Shown here: positions 48,203-58,837 of the stretch, in pieces
How the letters are laid out: every line of letters starts with the position of its first letter
How positions within the stretch are numbered: the first letter of the stretch is position 1
Assembly: GCA_963706025.1 (NCBI GenBank)
Contig: CAVPLM010000005.1
Location: 320,001 to 384,000, forward strand
Origin: an uncultured Actinomycetes bacterium
GTDB lineage: Bacteria; Actinomycetota; Thermoleophilia; RBG-16-64-13
Length of the DNA stretch: 64,000 nucleotides
Reading direction: 5' to 3'
The notes under the pieces: model-generated
Told to the model about the DNA's origin: nothing
The model's database searches: none
Seen by the model: the letters and a program-made list of their open reading frames with translations, nothing else
Translations under genes and position numbers: made by a program

Positions 48203-50709
48203 GCGGAGCGCGCCTCCTCGATGACGGTCTCCAGGATGCTTCTGTAGGTCGCCGCGAGTTCCGCGGACCGTGGGTCGTCACCGGCTTCAGCGTATACGTG
48301 GAAAAGGGGTTCCTCAGCGTCGGGAAGGACCAGAGCCCACTCCGAACGATCGAGGAAGACCTTGATCCCATCGACGAGGGAGACGCGTCCCTCGCGCAGC
48401 TTCTCCGTCATGCGGCGCATCACCGCGCCCTTGAGGTCCCAAGGGCACTGGGATTCGTGGTGACTCACGTGCGCGACCGGCATTCCTCCGATCAGCTGTG
48501 ATAACGGCGCATCGGCGGTCGAGATCACTTCCAGCACCTTGCCCAGGGCGTAGAGGCCGTCCATGGAGGGTAGCACCGAGGGATAGATGTAGCCTCCGTC
48601 GACGCTGGCGGCAAACACGGTATTGGGCCGGGTGGCCTCGGCCATCAGCGCAGCCTTGGAGTACTTGGTGCGCCGGACGGTGAACCCGGTGGAGGCGACC
48701 ACGTGCTCCACCAGACGGGTAGCGTGCAGGGGAAGAGCCACGGCCCCCGAACCTGCCTCCCGTATGGCCTGCTGAAGGAGGAGCAGCAGTAGGGCCGAAT
48801 CGGGCATCAGGTTCCCCTTTTCGTCCACCACGTACAGGTACTCGGCCCCCGGGTCCAGGATTGCCCCCAGATCGGCATCCACGGCGCGCACCAACTCCCC
48901 CACTCGCGCCGCCGCGTGGGGCAGGCTATCGGCGAGCGTGAAGCCCGAGCGCCCACGGGAGGTGGTGTTGAGCGTGATCGTCTCCACCCCCAGCCTGTCG
49001 AGGGTGGCCGAGAAGAAGAAAGCCGGAGCCGAGGCAGAGTAATCCAGCACTAGACGGGGCTGTCGTCCTCGGATAGCTACTGTGTTCCAGTTGTCAAGCA
49101 GCGAGTTCGTGTAGGTCTCTATCGCTCTCGGAGGATAGATGACCTGCCCCATCTCCTCGAAGGCAGCGCGACGGAAGTCCTCTCGGAAATAGAGGTTCTC
49201 GATCGCCCGCTCCTTCTTGCCGTCGAGCGGGACTCCCGGGGATTCCGAGAACAGGATCTCGATCTGCTCGGGGTTCTCCAGACACATCTGTACGTGTATG
49301 CCACCTATCGCGTTACCACTCTTGATGTCGAAGCGGTTGACGGCCAAGGGGGCAATGGTAAGGTCGCGGACGTTCACCCCCGTCGAGTTGAGTCCGCTGA
49401 TGATGGCCCGCTTGAAGACGCGACAGGCGTGGTGAGGGTCCCGGCTGGTGGTGACGTACTTGTCCTGGCCGATGAGGCTCCCATAGGACATGGCCAAACG
49501 CATGGCCATGTCCGGAGTCACGTCCACGTTGGCCAGACCGCGGACGCCGTTGCGGCCGAAGAGCGTGCTGGGGCCTCTCGTCTCCCACACGATAGACGAC
49601 CGCACCGCAGAGCCGGGCTCGATGGTCTTGAAGGGGTAGATCTTGACATTGTTGGCGACCACCGCGTCATGTCCTATGATCGTGCGGTCGCCGATGACGA
49701 CTCCCTCGGCGATATAGGCGTTCTCGTGGACCTCGACCGCGTCGCCGAGCACGGCTCCCTGCACGACTGCGCCCGCGGCCACGTAGACGTTCTCTCCCAA
49801 CACGGACCCACCGACCTGGGCGCCGGTCCGTACCACAACGTTGTCGCCCAAGACCGTATGAGCGGCGATGCGGGCCCCGGGGTCCAGACGCACGTTCTTG
49901 CCGATGACGGCCGGTCCCTCCACGTTCTCCAAGCTGTCGAGAGCCGCTCCCCTGTCCACCCAGATATTGCCGCGCAGTCGGACCCCGGGAGGAGTGAGTC
50001 GCACCTTGCCGTCGAGCGCGTCACGGTTGGCCTGCAAGAATTGCTCGAGGCTCCCGATGTCCTGCCAATAGCCCTCACAGACCATCCCGTAGAGGGGTTT
50101 CCGCATCTCGAAGAGTTTGGGGAATAGATCGTGGCTGAAATCGTAGGGCTGGCCTTCCGGGATGTGGTCGAACACTTCTGGTTCGATGATGTAGATCCCG
50201 GTGTTGACGGTGTCGGAGAAGACCTGCCCCCAACCCGGTTTTTCCAAGAAACGCTGGATCCGGCCCTCCTCATCCACGATCACTACCCCGAACTCCAAGG
50301 GGTTCCCGACGCTCTTGAGCGCGATGGTGACCATGGCCTGCCGCTCCCGGTGGAAGGCGATGACGCTGGTCAGATCGAAGTCCGTGAGCGCGTCTCCACT
50401 GATGACCAGAAAGGTGTCGTCGAGCAGGTCCTTGGCCAGGCGGATAGACCCGGCCGTGCCGGCCGGCGTCTCTTCCACCGTGTAGTCGATGTGCATGCCC
50501 AGGTGGCTACCGTCGCCCAGGAGATTGCGGATGAGTCGAGGCAGGAAGGCCAGGGTGATCACCACCTCGTTGATCCCATGTCTCTGGACCAACTCCAGGA
50601 TGTGCTGGATGGTCGGCTTGTTCACCACGGGGACCATGGGCTTAGGCTGATTGGAGGTCAACGGCCGCAAACGGGTCCCTTGACCGCCTGCCATGACGAC
50701 TGCCTTCAT
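48193..50709 (-). CDS. Mannose-1-phosphate guanylyltransferase-like NTP transferase + LbH + degenerate phosphomannomutase fusion
   Basis: [13 protein letters not shown]...PKP, EKP, GYWQDIG, hexapeptide repeats, [11 protein letters not shown] 50709 with AGGAGG RBS. Confidence 0.88.
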   Translation of the reverse strand: MKAVVMAGGQGTRLRPLTSNQPKPMVPVVNKPTIQHILELVQRHGINEVVITLAFLPRLIRNLLGDGSHLGMHIDYTVEETPAGTAGSIRLAKDLLDDTFLVISGDALTDFDLTSVIAFHRERQAMVTIALKSVGNPLEFGVVIVDEEGRIQRFLEKPGWGQVFSDTVNTGIYIIEPEVFDHIPEGQPYDFSHDLFPKLFEMRKPLYGMVCEGYWQDIGSLEQFLQANRDALDGKVRLTPPGVRLRGNIWVDRGAALDSLENVEGPAVIGKNVRLDPGARIAAHTVLGDNVVVRTGAQVGGSVLGENVYVAAGAVVQGAVLGDAVEVHENAYIAEGVVIGDRTIIGHDAVVANNVKIYPFKTIEPGSAVRSSIVWETRGPSTLFGRNGVRGLANVDVTPDMAMRLAMSYGSLIGQDKYVTTSRDPHHACRVFKRAIISGLNSTGVNVRDLTIAPLAVNRFDIKSGNAIGGIHVQMCLENPEQIEILFSESPGVPLDGKKERAIENLYFREDFRRAAFEEMGQVIYPPRAIETYTNSLLDNWNTVAIRGRQPRLVLDYSASAPAFFFSATLDRLGVETITLNTTSRGRSGFTLADSLPHAAARVGELVRAVDADLGAILDPGAEYLYVVDEKGNLMPDSALLLLLLQQAIREAGSGAVALPLHATRLVEHVVASTGFTVRRTKYSKAALMAEATRPNTVFAASVDGGYIYPSVLPSMDGLYALGKVLEVISTADAPLSQLIGGMPVAHVSHHESQCPWDLKGAVMRRMTEKLREGRVSLVDGIKVFLDRSEWALVLPDAEEPLFHVYAEAGDDPRSAELAATYRSILETVIEEARSAQN

Positions 50710-50787
50710 CTGGGCCTCCTGCCGGTGCGGGGGATGCGCTCTACACCCTGTCGTACCCATTCTGAAGAATCGGAGAACAACAAAAGG

Positions 50788-50861
50788 TCGGGACGGCCGG
50801 ATTTGAACCGGCGACCTTCCGGCCCCCAGCCGGATGCGCTACCAAACTACGCCACGTCCCG
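50788..50861 (-). tRNA. tRNA-Pro (GGG)
   Basis: CGGGACG acceptor stem, TCCGG-CTGGGGG-CCGGA anticodon arm, GGTTCAAATCC T arm. Confidence 0.97.
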
Positions 50862-50919
50862 ACGCGTCCCAGAGTATAGCGCGCCTCCGGGGGGTTGAGC
50901 TATACCAGCACGGCGCCGG

Positions 50920-51576
50920 TCAGGGGATATCCCCTTCCTCCGGACCAGGAGGCGTGGAGACGGGCCGCCTGTTCCAGGGGAAGACGACCCGGGGCTCCTG
51001 CCGTCTCCAGAGCCGGCGGAAGTTGGCCCGGTGGGCCCAGAGGACGGCTGCGGACATGACGCAGGAACCAACGATGTACGGGAGCGGCTGATGAAAGAGC
51101 GCCGCCGTCACCGGCAACATGATGGTGCAGGCGATGGAAGCGATGGAGACGATCCGAGTGGTGAACAAGAGCACGAGATACAGCAGGATCAGCAGGGCCA
51201 TCGGGATGGGCATCATCGCCATGGCGGCTCCGGCTCCCGTCGCCACCCCCTTCCCCCCGCGGCCCCGTAGGAAGAGCGAGTAGTTGTGACCGATCACGCA
51301 GGCGAAGGCCACGAGCACCGTGACCAGAGGGGTGCTCAGGTATCGGGCAACAAGGACCGGGAGGATCCCTTTCAGCAGGTCGGCGAACAGCACCGCCACA
51401 CCCAGGCGAGTGCCCAGGACCCGGAAGGCGTTGGTGGTGCCGGCGTTGCCGCTCCCACGCTCCCGCACGTCGATGCCCTTGAATCGCCTTCCGAGCAGAA
51501 CGCTCGGCGACAGCGAGCCGACCACGTAGCCGAAGGCTACCAGGCCGATCGCCTCCAGCAGAGAGGAGGTGTTCAC
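50920..51576 (-). CDS. plsY: Glycerol-3-phosphate acyltransferase PlsY
   Basis: GSGNAGTTN, GHNY, GGKGVAT, HRAN. Confidence 0.95.
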   Translation of the reverse strand: MNTSSLLEAIGLVAFGYVVGSLSPSVLLGRRFKGIDVRERGSGNAGTTNAFRVLGTRLGVAVLFADLLKGILPVLVARYLSTPLVTVLVAFACVIGHNYSLFLRGRGGKGVATGAGAAMAMMPIPMALLILLYLVLLFTTRIVSIASIACTIMLPVTAALFHQPLPYIVGSCVMSAAVLWAHRANFRRLWRRQEPRVVFPWNRRPVSTPPGPEEGDIP

Positions 51577-52892
51577 GAGTACCTCTCCTCTTTGCCCTCG
51601 AAATCGATGACCAGCGGGATCCCCCAGAACCCGTATTCCTCGCGCAGGCGGTTCTCCAAGTAGTAGGCAAAGGACCGGGTCACCAAGGCCCGAGAATTGA
51701 CCATGACCTTGAAGCGCGGTGGACGGGTCTCATACTGCACGACGTAGAAGGTCTTGATCTCCTTGACCCCTTTGGCCCTGTCTGGACGCCGGGCCCGCAC
51801 CCCTTCGAGCCAGCGGTTGAGCTCGGGTGTAGGTATGCGGTTGCTGTACTGGATGTAAAGCTCCCGGGCCAGAGGGAGTATGCGGTCGATGCCCCGGCCG
51901 GTGAGCGCCGACACCGTCAGCCACCGCGGTTTCATCTGCACCTTGGCCTTGATGCGAGCGGTGGCCATGTCCAGATCGAGCCGGGTCACGTCCCACTTGT
52001 TGAAGAGGATGGCGGTCGCGCACTTGGCCCGTTGAGCTTCGTAGGCTATTTGCAGGTCGAGATCCACAAGGCCCTCGCTCGCATCGACCACGATCAAGGC
52101 CACGTCACTGCGTTCGAGAGCGCGGAGCGCACGAAGCCCGCTGTAGTACTCCACGTCGGTCGTCGTGCGCTTGCCGGGCCGACGAAGCCCGGCGGTATCG
52201 ATAAGCGTCATCGGAGTGGCATCGAACACCAGGTCGGTATCGATGGCGTCACGGGTCGTACCGGGAACCGGTGAGACGATGGTTCGTCGGTCGCCAAGCA
52301 GCGCATTCAGCAGGGAGCTCTTCCCCACATTCGGGCGGCCGACGATGGCCACCCGAATGGGCGCCGCGGTGTCCAGGTCCACCTCGTACTCGGGGAGCAG
52401 CTCAACGATCTCGTCGAGGAGGTCCCCCACTCCCAGGCCGTGCTCCGCCGAGACGCCCATCGGTTCGCCCAACCCCAGCTCCCAGTATTCGTGAAGATTC
52501 TCACGAGCCACCTGGGCGTCCTGTTTGTTGACCGCAAGCACCACGGGGACCCGACTTCGCCGCAGCAGAGCTGCGATCTCGTGGTCTTGGGGAGCCACCC
52601 CGGCTTTGCCGTCGAGGAGGAATACGGCCACGGTCGCTTCACCAACGGCGGTTTGGGCCTGGCCGCGTACCTCGGCTCCTAGAGGGAGGTCGCTCTGCAG
52701 GTCGAACCCGCCGGTGTCGACCACCATGAAGATGCGCCCTCTCCACTCGGCCTGTCCTTCCTTGCGGTCGCGGGTCACGCCCGATTCGGGCGCCACCACG
52801 GCGTCGCGGGTGCCGGTGATCCGATTGAAAAGGGTCGACTTCCCCACGTTAGGGTAACCGACGATCACTACCCTGGGCATGGCTGAAGTCAC
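51573..52892 (-). CDS. der: Ribosome biogenesis GTPase Der/EngA
   Basis: Two G domains (GYPNVGKS, GRPNVGKS) plus KH-like domain. Confidence 0.96.
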   Translation of the reverse strand: MTSAMPRVVIVGYPNVGKSTLFNRITGTRDAVVAPESGVTRDRKEGQAEWRGRIFMVVDTGGFDLQSDLPLGAEVRGQAQTAVGEATVAVFLLDGKAGVAPQDHEIAALLRRSRVPVVLAVNKQDAQVARENLHEYWELGLGEPMGVSAEHGLGVGDLLDEIVELLPEYEVDLDTAAPIRVAIVGRPNVGKSSLLNALLGDRRTIVSPVPGTTRDAIDTDLVFDATPMTLIDTAGLRRPGKRTTTDVEYYSGLRALRALERSDVALIVVDASEGLVDLDLQIAYEAQRAKCATAILFNKWDVTRLDLDMATARIKAKVQMKPRWLTVSALTGRGIDRILPLARELYIQYSNRIPTPELNRWLEGVRARRPDRAKGVKEIKTFYVVQYETRPPRFKVMVNSRALVTRSFAYYLENRLREEYGFWGIPLVIDFEGKEERYS

Positions 52893-53737
52893 GGCTCGAT
52901 CTCCCGCAGGCGGCAGATGACGGCCTCGATCTGTTCGGGAGGGGTCGAGGCTCCGGCCGTGACGCCCACGACTCGAGCGTCGCGCAACCAGGTGGGCTCG
53001 ATCTCTGCGGCGGTTTCCACGTGGTGGGTCCGTGGCTGCTCGAGGGCGCAGAGCTCGGCCAGTCTCCTCGTGTTACCCGAGTTCTTTCCGCCGACGACGA
53101 CCACCACGTCCACGTCCCGGGCCATGGCTATCGCGGCGGTCTGGCGCTGTTCGGTAGCGCTGCAGATGGTGTTGTGGACCAGGAGCTCCCGCGCGCGAGG
53201 CGCCAAGTACGCCACCAGGTCGGCAAGGCGTTCTTTCGATTGCGTCGTTTGCACCACCACGCCCACGCGAGGATTGGGTAGCTCATCCGGCAGGTCGACG
53301 GGAGTCTCCGCCACCAGCGACTCTTCGCCGGCATAGGACCGCAGCGCCAGAACCTCAGGGTGGTCCTTTTCGCCCACTATGACCACCAGGTAGCCTTGGG
53401 CCCTCAGACGAGCCGCTTTGTCCTGGGCCGAGGTGACGAAGCGACAGGTGGCGTCCAGCACGTTCAGACCGGCAGTCGCCAATTCCTCCCTGATCTCCTT
53501 GGGAACCCCATGCGATCTCAGTATCACGGTGCCGGATGTCACCTCGTCTGTTCGGGAGATGACTCCCACCCCTAGCCGCTGCAGGTCGGCGATGACCCCG
53601 GGGTTATGTATGAGAGGCCCCAGGGTGTTTACGGGCCCGGGAGCCTCGGCGGCCGCATTTCGAGCCACCTCCAGCGCCCGCTCCACCCCCCAGCAGAAGC
53701 CTGCGCACTCCGAGAGTCTGATCGTCAGGGGGCTCAC
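52889..53737 (-). CDS. ispH: HMBPP reductase IspH
   Basis: GFCWGV, HNP, RSHG, DATC, TICSAT, SGNT, AGASTP. Confidence 0.95.
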   Translation of the reverse strand: MSPLTIRLSECAGFCWGVERALEVARNAAAEAPGPVNTLGPLIHNPGVIADLQRLGVGVISRTDEVTSGTVILRSHGVPKEIREELATAGLNVLDATCRFVTSAQDKAARLRAQGYLVVIVGEKDHPEVLALRSYAGEESLVAETPVDLPDELPNPRVGVVVQTTQSKERLADLVAYLAPRARELLVHNTICSATEQRQTAAIAMARDVDVVVVVGGKNSGNTRRLAELCALEQPRTHHVETAAEIEPTWLRDARVVGVTAGASTPPEQIEAVICRLREIEP

Positions 53738-55053
53738 TCTCTGTCTCCCGCGGTGCCGGCGAGGTCTTGGAAGGCGTGGGTGAGACGGGTGCTGGTGACA
53801 AGTGCCCTCTCAGAACGGGTCACGTCTTGCTCGGGGAGCCGGAGAGGAGGACCGAACGCTACGCGTACTCTGGGAAACCGGATCATCCGACCCCGCATGA
53901 TGCGTTCGGTGCCCTCCATCACCACTGGGATCGTCACCACCCCTTGTCGAAGCGAGAACAGGGCCACACCCGGGTGGATCCCGCCGAAGCCCCCTTGGCG
54001 CTGGCGGTGGCCTTCCGGGAAGATCCCCAGAACGGCGCCCGCCCCCAGCACTTCGAGCGCCCGTTTGACCGCTTGACGGTCGGCCTCCCCTCTGTTGATG
54101 GGGAAGGATCCCAGCCTGTCGATGAACCAACCGAGGGCACCCACCTTCCACAACTCGGCTTTGGCCATGAAGTGGATCTGCCTGGGCGTGGAGACACCCA
54201 AGAAGAACGGATCGAGATTGGACCGATGGTTGGAGGCCAGCACCACGGGACCTGAAAGGGGGAAATGCTCGCGCCCCTGGATCTGCATTCGGAAGAGCAG
54301 GCGCCAGAGTGCGGGTACGAACGAGAAGGCGAAGCGATACAGCGGCGTGTCGAGCGGGCTGCGTACCATGCGGCTCAAAGCCCACTTGCGGGGCTGCCCG
54401 GCGGCAGCCCACGCGCACACCGTTTCGATCACCTCGGCGATGGACATGCCGGTGGTATCTATCTCCATTGCATCGTCGGCTTTGCGCAACGGGGCCAACT
54501 CCCGCCCCGAGTCGTAGGCGTCCCGAGCAGCGATGTCGGCGATCAGTTGATCGAGAGACTGGGAGACTCCCTGTGCTTCCAGCTGCAATTGGCGGCGGCG
54601 GGCCCGTTCTTCGATGGAGGCGACGAGGTACACCTTGAGGTTCGCGTTGGGAAACACCACCGTACCCGTGTCTCTGCCTTCCAGCACGACATCGCCGAGG
54701 GCAGCCTCGGCGCGCTGCCGCTCGGTGAAGACGGCGCGCACGCCTTGGTCGGCGGACACGGCCGACACGTGCTGCGACACCAGCCGTCCGCGGATCTCGT
54801 CGGTGACCTCACGTTCTCCCACGAACACGCGGGTAAGATCGTCGGGGCGCTCCACAAAGCGGATGGGCGCCGCGGCGGCCAAGGCCGCCGCTTCATGGAT
54901 GCGATCGGGCACAAGGCCCGCTTCGAGGGCCAGGAGGGTGGCAGTGCGGTACATCGCCCCCGTGTCCAGGTAGCGCATGCCCAGGCGTTTGGCCACCTCC
55001 CGGGCGATGGTGCTCTTGCCGGAGCCTGCGGGGCCGTCGATGGTGATGATCAT
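53734..55053 (-). CDS. cmk: Cytidylate kinase fused to 1-acyl-G3P acyltransferase (Cmk-PlsC)
   Basis: ITIDGPAGSGKST, LDTGAMYR, EGRD, then NHRSNLD, FMAKAEL, FPEG. ATG 55053. Confidence 0.88.
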   Translation of the reverse strand: MIITIDGPAGSGKSTIAREVAKRLGMRYLDTGAMYRTATLLALEAGLVPDRIHEAAALAAAAPIRFVERPDDLTRVFVGEREVTDEIRGRLVSQHVSAVSADQGVRAVFTERQRAEAALGDVVLEGRDTGTVVFPNANLKVYLVASIEERARRRQLQLEAQGVSQSLDQLIADIAARDAYDSGRELAPLRKADDAMEIDTTGMSIAEVIETVCAWAAAGQPRKWALSRMVRSPLDTPLYRFAFSFVPALWRLLFRMQIQGREHFPLSGPVVLASNHRSNLDPFFLGVSTPRQIHFMAKAELWKVGALGWFIDRLGSFPINRGEADRQAVKRALEVLGAGAVLGIFPEGHRQRQGGFGGIHPGVALFSLRQGVVTIPVVMEGTERIMRGRMIRFPRVRVAFGPPLRLPEQDVTRSERALVTSTRLTHAFQDLAGTAGDRE

Positions 55054-55081
55054 GTGTCGACCCTCCCCCGTCGGCCGCCTA

Positions 55082-56431
55082 TCAGTCCCGAGGCGTCCAT
55101 TCGCCCCCCAAGGCCGAGAATGCGTCGGCGAAGCCGGGATAGGAGACGGAGATGCATCCCACATCCTCGACCAGCACACCCTTTCGTGAGGCAGCACCGG
55201 CAATCGCTCCCACCATAGCCATCCGGTGGTCGGCTCGCGGACTGACGGCGCCTCCGTTCCAGCCGCCCGGGTCGCCCACGACATCCATCCCGTCCGGCTG
55301 CTCGATCACGGCGACGCCGAGCGCGCGCAGAATCGAGGCCATGACCTGCAGACGATCGCTCTCCTTGGCCCGCAGTTCTGCCGCGCCGCGCAAGCGGGAC
55401 ACCCCCTCCGCCTTGGCCGCGGCCAGGAGGAAGAGCGGCAGCTCGTCAATGAGGCCCGGCACCTCGGCCGGGCCGACCTCGGTGGCGACCAGGTTGGAGC
55501 TGCGGGCAGTGATGCTCCCTTCCGGTTCGGGTCCCAGCATCTGGCCCGGTTCCAGGTGGATGTTGCCGCCCATGCGTTCGAGAACGGCCAAGAGTCCTGT
55601 GCGCGACGGATTGAGGCCGGAGTTCTCGACGGTCACCTCAGAGCCAGGCGTGAGGAGTGCCGAGACCAGGAAGAAGGCGGCCGAACTGAAATCACCCGGG
55701 ACCGGGACGGTCTCCATAGCCAGGCGATCGAGGGGCCATGCCCGCACCAGCCCTGCTCCCCCGGAGCGGCCTTCACGCTCGACCCGCCCACCGGCGAAGC
55801 GGATCATGCGCTCCGTGTGGTCCCGAGAGGCCGAAGGTTCAACGATGGTAGTCTCTCCATCGGCGCGCAGTCCGGCCAGCAGCAGGCACGACTTCACCTG
55901 CGCGGAAGCGACGGTCATATGATGCGTGAGCCCTCGCAGCGGCCCGCCCCTGATAGCGAGCGGTGGCAACGTGTCGGCCTGCCGCCCCATCGCGACAGCT
56001 CCCATGACCCGCAAAGGCTCGAGTACTCGGGCCATCGGCCGCCTGCGGATACTCGCGTCACCCGTGAGCACGCAGAGGAAAGGCAGCGAAGCCACCAGGC
56101 CCGGAAGCAGCCGGATGAGGGTCCCTGAGTTGAGGACGTCGATGACATGATCAGGCTCGGAGAGGCCGGCCCAACCGCGGCCCCTGACCACCAGACCTTC
56201 ACTGCCGCGGTCCTCGATCTCCACGCCCAGAGCTTCCGCCGCCGCTACGGTGGCCAGAGTGTCGGCGGAGCGGAGGAACCCGGTGACCGTCACGTCACCG
56301 TCGTTCACGGCTCCCAGCAGGATCGCCCGGTGCGATACCGACTTGTCGCCGGGCACCCGTATGGTTCCGCGCAGGCCGTCGGGTGCCGGCCGGAACAAGG
56401 ATGCGTTCGGACCCTCAGTCACTGCCGTCAC
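55082..56431 (-). CDS. aroA: EPSP synthase
   Basis: PGDKSVSHR, SAQVKS, RDHTE, LIDE, ELRAKESDR, DHRMAM. Confidence 0.95.
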   Translation of the reverse strand: MTAVTEGPNASLFRPAPDGLRGTIRVPGDKSVSHRAILLGAVNDGDVTVTGFLRSADTLATVAAAEALGVEIEDRGSEGLVVRGRGWAGLSEPDHVIDVLNSGTLIRLLPGLVASLPFLCVLTGDASIRRRPMARVLEPLRVMGAVAMGRQADTLPPLAIRGGPLRGLTHHMTVASAQVKSCLLLAGLRADGETTIVEPSASRDHTERMIRFAGGRVEREGRSGGAGLVRAWPLDRLAMETVPVPGDFSSAAFFLVSALLTPGSEVTVENSGLNPSRTGLLAVLERMGGNIHLEPGQMLGPEPEGSITARSSNLVATEVGPAEVPGLIDELPLFLLAAAKAEGVSRLRGAAELRAKESDRLQVMASILRALGVAVIEQPDGMDVVGDPGGWNGGAVSPRADHRMAMVGAIAGAASRKGVLVEDVGCISVSYPGFADAFSALGGEWTPRD

Positions 56432-56506
56432 CGGTGAAGCTGACGACTATGGGGAAGTCCAGGCCGCCAAGAAGAACGCTGTGCAGATGATCCGCGGCCA
56501 TGGTCT

Positions 56507-57544
56507 CTATCCCAGGGTCTTGCCGGTCCAAGCGATGATATCCCTGATGCGGGCGGAGACGCGCGCGAACTGATCGGGGTCGAGAGACTGGGCGCCGTCG
56601 GACAGAGCCGTCTCAGGCGTGGGGTGCATCTCTATCATGATGCCGTCTGCCCCGGCGGCTATGGCCGCCAAGGACAGGGGCTCGACCAATTCGACCCTGC
56701 CGGTCGCGTGACTGGGATCGACGACCACCGGAAGATGGCTGCGCTGCTTTATTATGGGAATGGCCGAGATGTCCAGCGTGTTCCGGGTGGCAGTCTCGAA
56801 GGTGCGTATGCCTCGCTCGCACAGGATAACTCTGTCGTTCCCTTCCTTGACGATGTATTCAGCGGCCATGAGCAGCTCGTCGATCGTGGCTGCCAACCCC
56901 CTCTTAAGCAGCACCGGCCTGTCGACCTCGCCCACGGAGGAAAGCAACTGGAAATTCTGCATGTTCCGGGCTCCGATCTGGATGATGTCGGAGTAGGCCG
57001 CCACATCTTCCAGATGACGGGGGTCCATCAGTTCGGTGACGATAGGCAGTCCGCTGCATCGGCGGGCTTCCGCCAGGATCTCCAATCCTTCGATGCCGAG
57101 GCCCTGGAACGCATACGGGGAGGTTCGCGGCTTGAACGCGCCCCCCCGGAGCATGGTCGCCCCAGCCTGCTGGGCCAACCTGGCTGCCTCGAGCAGCTGC
57201 TCCCGGCTCTCGACCGAACAAGGGCCGGCGATGAGAGCCACGTGTCCTCCTCCCAGACTCGTACCACCGACGGTGATCACGGTGTCCGACCGACGGAACT
57301 CCCTGCTCACCAGCTTGTAGGGACGGAGTATCGGCACTACTTTGTCCACGCCGGGATAAGCCTCCAGAGGCAGACCGGCGATGACATCCCGCTCTCCCAT
57401 GACCCCTATGACCGTGACCACATCGCCCGTGGAGACGTGACCGCTCGCCCCCGCGCTCTCCAGCCGCTCGAGGATGCGCTCCACGTCCTGGGAGGTAGCG
57501 GTCTCCTGCATGACGATCATCATCTCTGTGCTTGCGATCTCCAC
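56507..57544 (-). CDS. aroF: DAHP synthase type I-beta with N-terminal regulatory domain
   Basis: IAGPCSVE, KPRTSPY, QIGARNMQN, CERG, DPSH, SDG. Confidence 0.94.
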   Translation of the reverse strand: MEIASTEMMIVMQETATSQDVERILERLESAGASGHVSTGDVVTVIGVMGERDVIAGLPLEAYPGVDKVVPILRPYKLVSREFRRSDTVITVGGTSLGGGHVALIAGPCSVESREQLLEAARLAQQAGATMLRGGAFKPRTSPYAFQGLGIEGLEILAEARRCSGLPIVTELMDPRHLEDVAAYSDIIQIGARNMQNFQLLSSVGEVDRPVLLKRGLAATIDELLMAAEYIVKEGNDRVILCERGIRTFETATRNTLDISAIPIIKQRSHLPVVVDPSHATGRVELVEPLSLAAIAAGADGIMIEMHPTPETALSDGAQSLDPDQFARVSARIRDIIAWTGKTLG

Positions 57545-57545
57545 A

Positions 57546-58706
57546 TCAACTCTCCGGGCTCAACGCCTCAGCGCTCAGACCATTCACGACGTGCGGGACG
57601 ACCTGGGCCGCCGGGGTTTCGCGCAGCCGTCTCATCAGCGAGAGGAAGAGGTCGTTCTCCTCGGCTTCACCTATGGTAACCCGAATCCAACCGGGACACT
57701 CCATCGCATACCCCGAACGGGTCATCACCCCGTTCTCCAGGAGGACTTGAGCAACCTCTGGGCCGGGTGTGGATAGAGCGGTCACGTCCACCAGGAGGAA
57801 GTTGGCCTCGCTCGGCTTGAATCCGATACCCATGTGTTCGAGACCCCGCGCCATCCGGTCCCTCTCGCCCCTGAGGAGCTCGCGACGTTCCTGCAGGAGC
57901 CTGGGGTGGCGGAGAGCCTCAGTGGCGGCGATCTGAGCGAGCGAATCGACGTTGAAGGGCTGGCGCAGCTTGTCCAGGGCCTGGACTACTTCGGGATGGG
58001 CCACGCCATACCCGAGCCGGAGTCCGGCCAGCCCATAGATCTTCGAAAACGTGCGCAGGACGACGAGATTGGGGTGGTCGGCCACCCAGGCTGCAGAATC
58101 CTCCCGGGCCGGCGAGGTCACGAACTCGCCGTAGGCCTCATCGAGGACCACCACAGTATCAGCGGGGATCCGCCGCAAGAAGGGCCGTAGCGCCCGAGGC
58201 TCGATATAGCTGCCCGTGGGGTTGTTGGGATTGCAGACGATGAGGAGGCTCGTGTTCTCCCCCACAGCAGCCAGAATGGCCTCGAGATCATAGTCGAGTG
58301 CCGGCAGAGGCACGGCAGTGAATGGAGCGTTATGAGCGAGCGCGATCGACCGGTACATCACGAACGAGGGTTGCGGGAAGACCACATGGTGCTCGGGGCC
58401 GAGGAACGCTTCCCCCAGAAGCATAAGCAACTCGCAGGACCCGTTGCCGAAGACCAGGCTTTCTTCGGGGACGGTCAGTCGCTGGGCCAGGAGAGCGCGC
58501 AGCTCGCTACAGCTCCCGTCTGGATAGCGGTTGAGCCCATCCAGAGCGGCCTTCATTGCCTCGATCACTTCGGGAAAGGGCCCGTAGGGGCTTTCATTGG
58601 CCGAAAGCCTGGCCACTCGGTCCAGTCGGTATCTCGTCCGGATGTCGGCCACCGGAGGTCCTGCCCGGTAAGGGGTGAGTCTTTCCAAAACAGGATTCAG
58701 TCTCAT
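57546..58706 (-). CDS. hisC: Histidinol-phosphate aminotransferase
   Basis: LSANE, NPNNPTG, DEAY, RTFSKIYGLAGLRLGY. Confidence 0.92.
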   Translation of the reverse strand: MRLNPVLERLTPYRAGPPVADIRTRYRLDRVARLSANESPYGPFPEVIEAMKAALDGLNRYPDGSCSELRALLAQRLTVPEESLVFGNGSCELLMLLGEAFLGPEHHVVFPQPSFVMYRSIALAHNAPFTAVPLPALDYDLEAILAAVGENTSLLIVCNPNNPTGSYIEPRALRPFLRRIPADTVVVLDEAYGEFVTSPAREDSAAWVADHPNLVVLRTFSKIYGLAGLRLGYGVAHPEVVQALDKLRQPFNVDSLAQIAATEALRHPRLLQERRELLRGERDRMARGLEHMGIGFKPSEANFLLVDVTALSTPGPEVAQVLLENGVMTRSGYAMECPGWIRVTIGEAEENDLFLSLMRRLRETPAAQVVPHVVNGLSAEALSPES

Positions 58707-58837
58707 GTTCTCTCCGCCGTGATCTCATTTGCGTGCTCTGCGTCCCACGGGGTATCGCGCCCGGCGCTGCCGCGGAACAAATCAGTATAGAGCAGCGAGG
58801 GTAAGAGTAGTCGCCGCGAGCCGCCCGGTATCCTAGC

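Noticed and set aside
50761-50900. tRNA-Pro as an integration site
   Set aside because: No integrase, no duplicated 3' end, flanked by core genes
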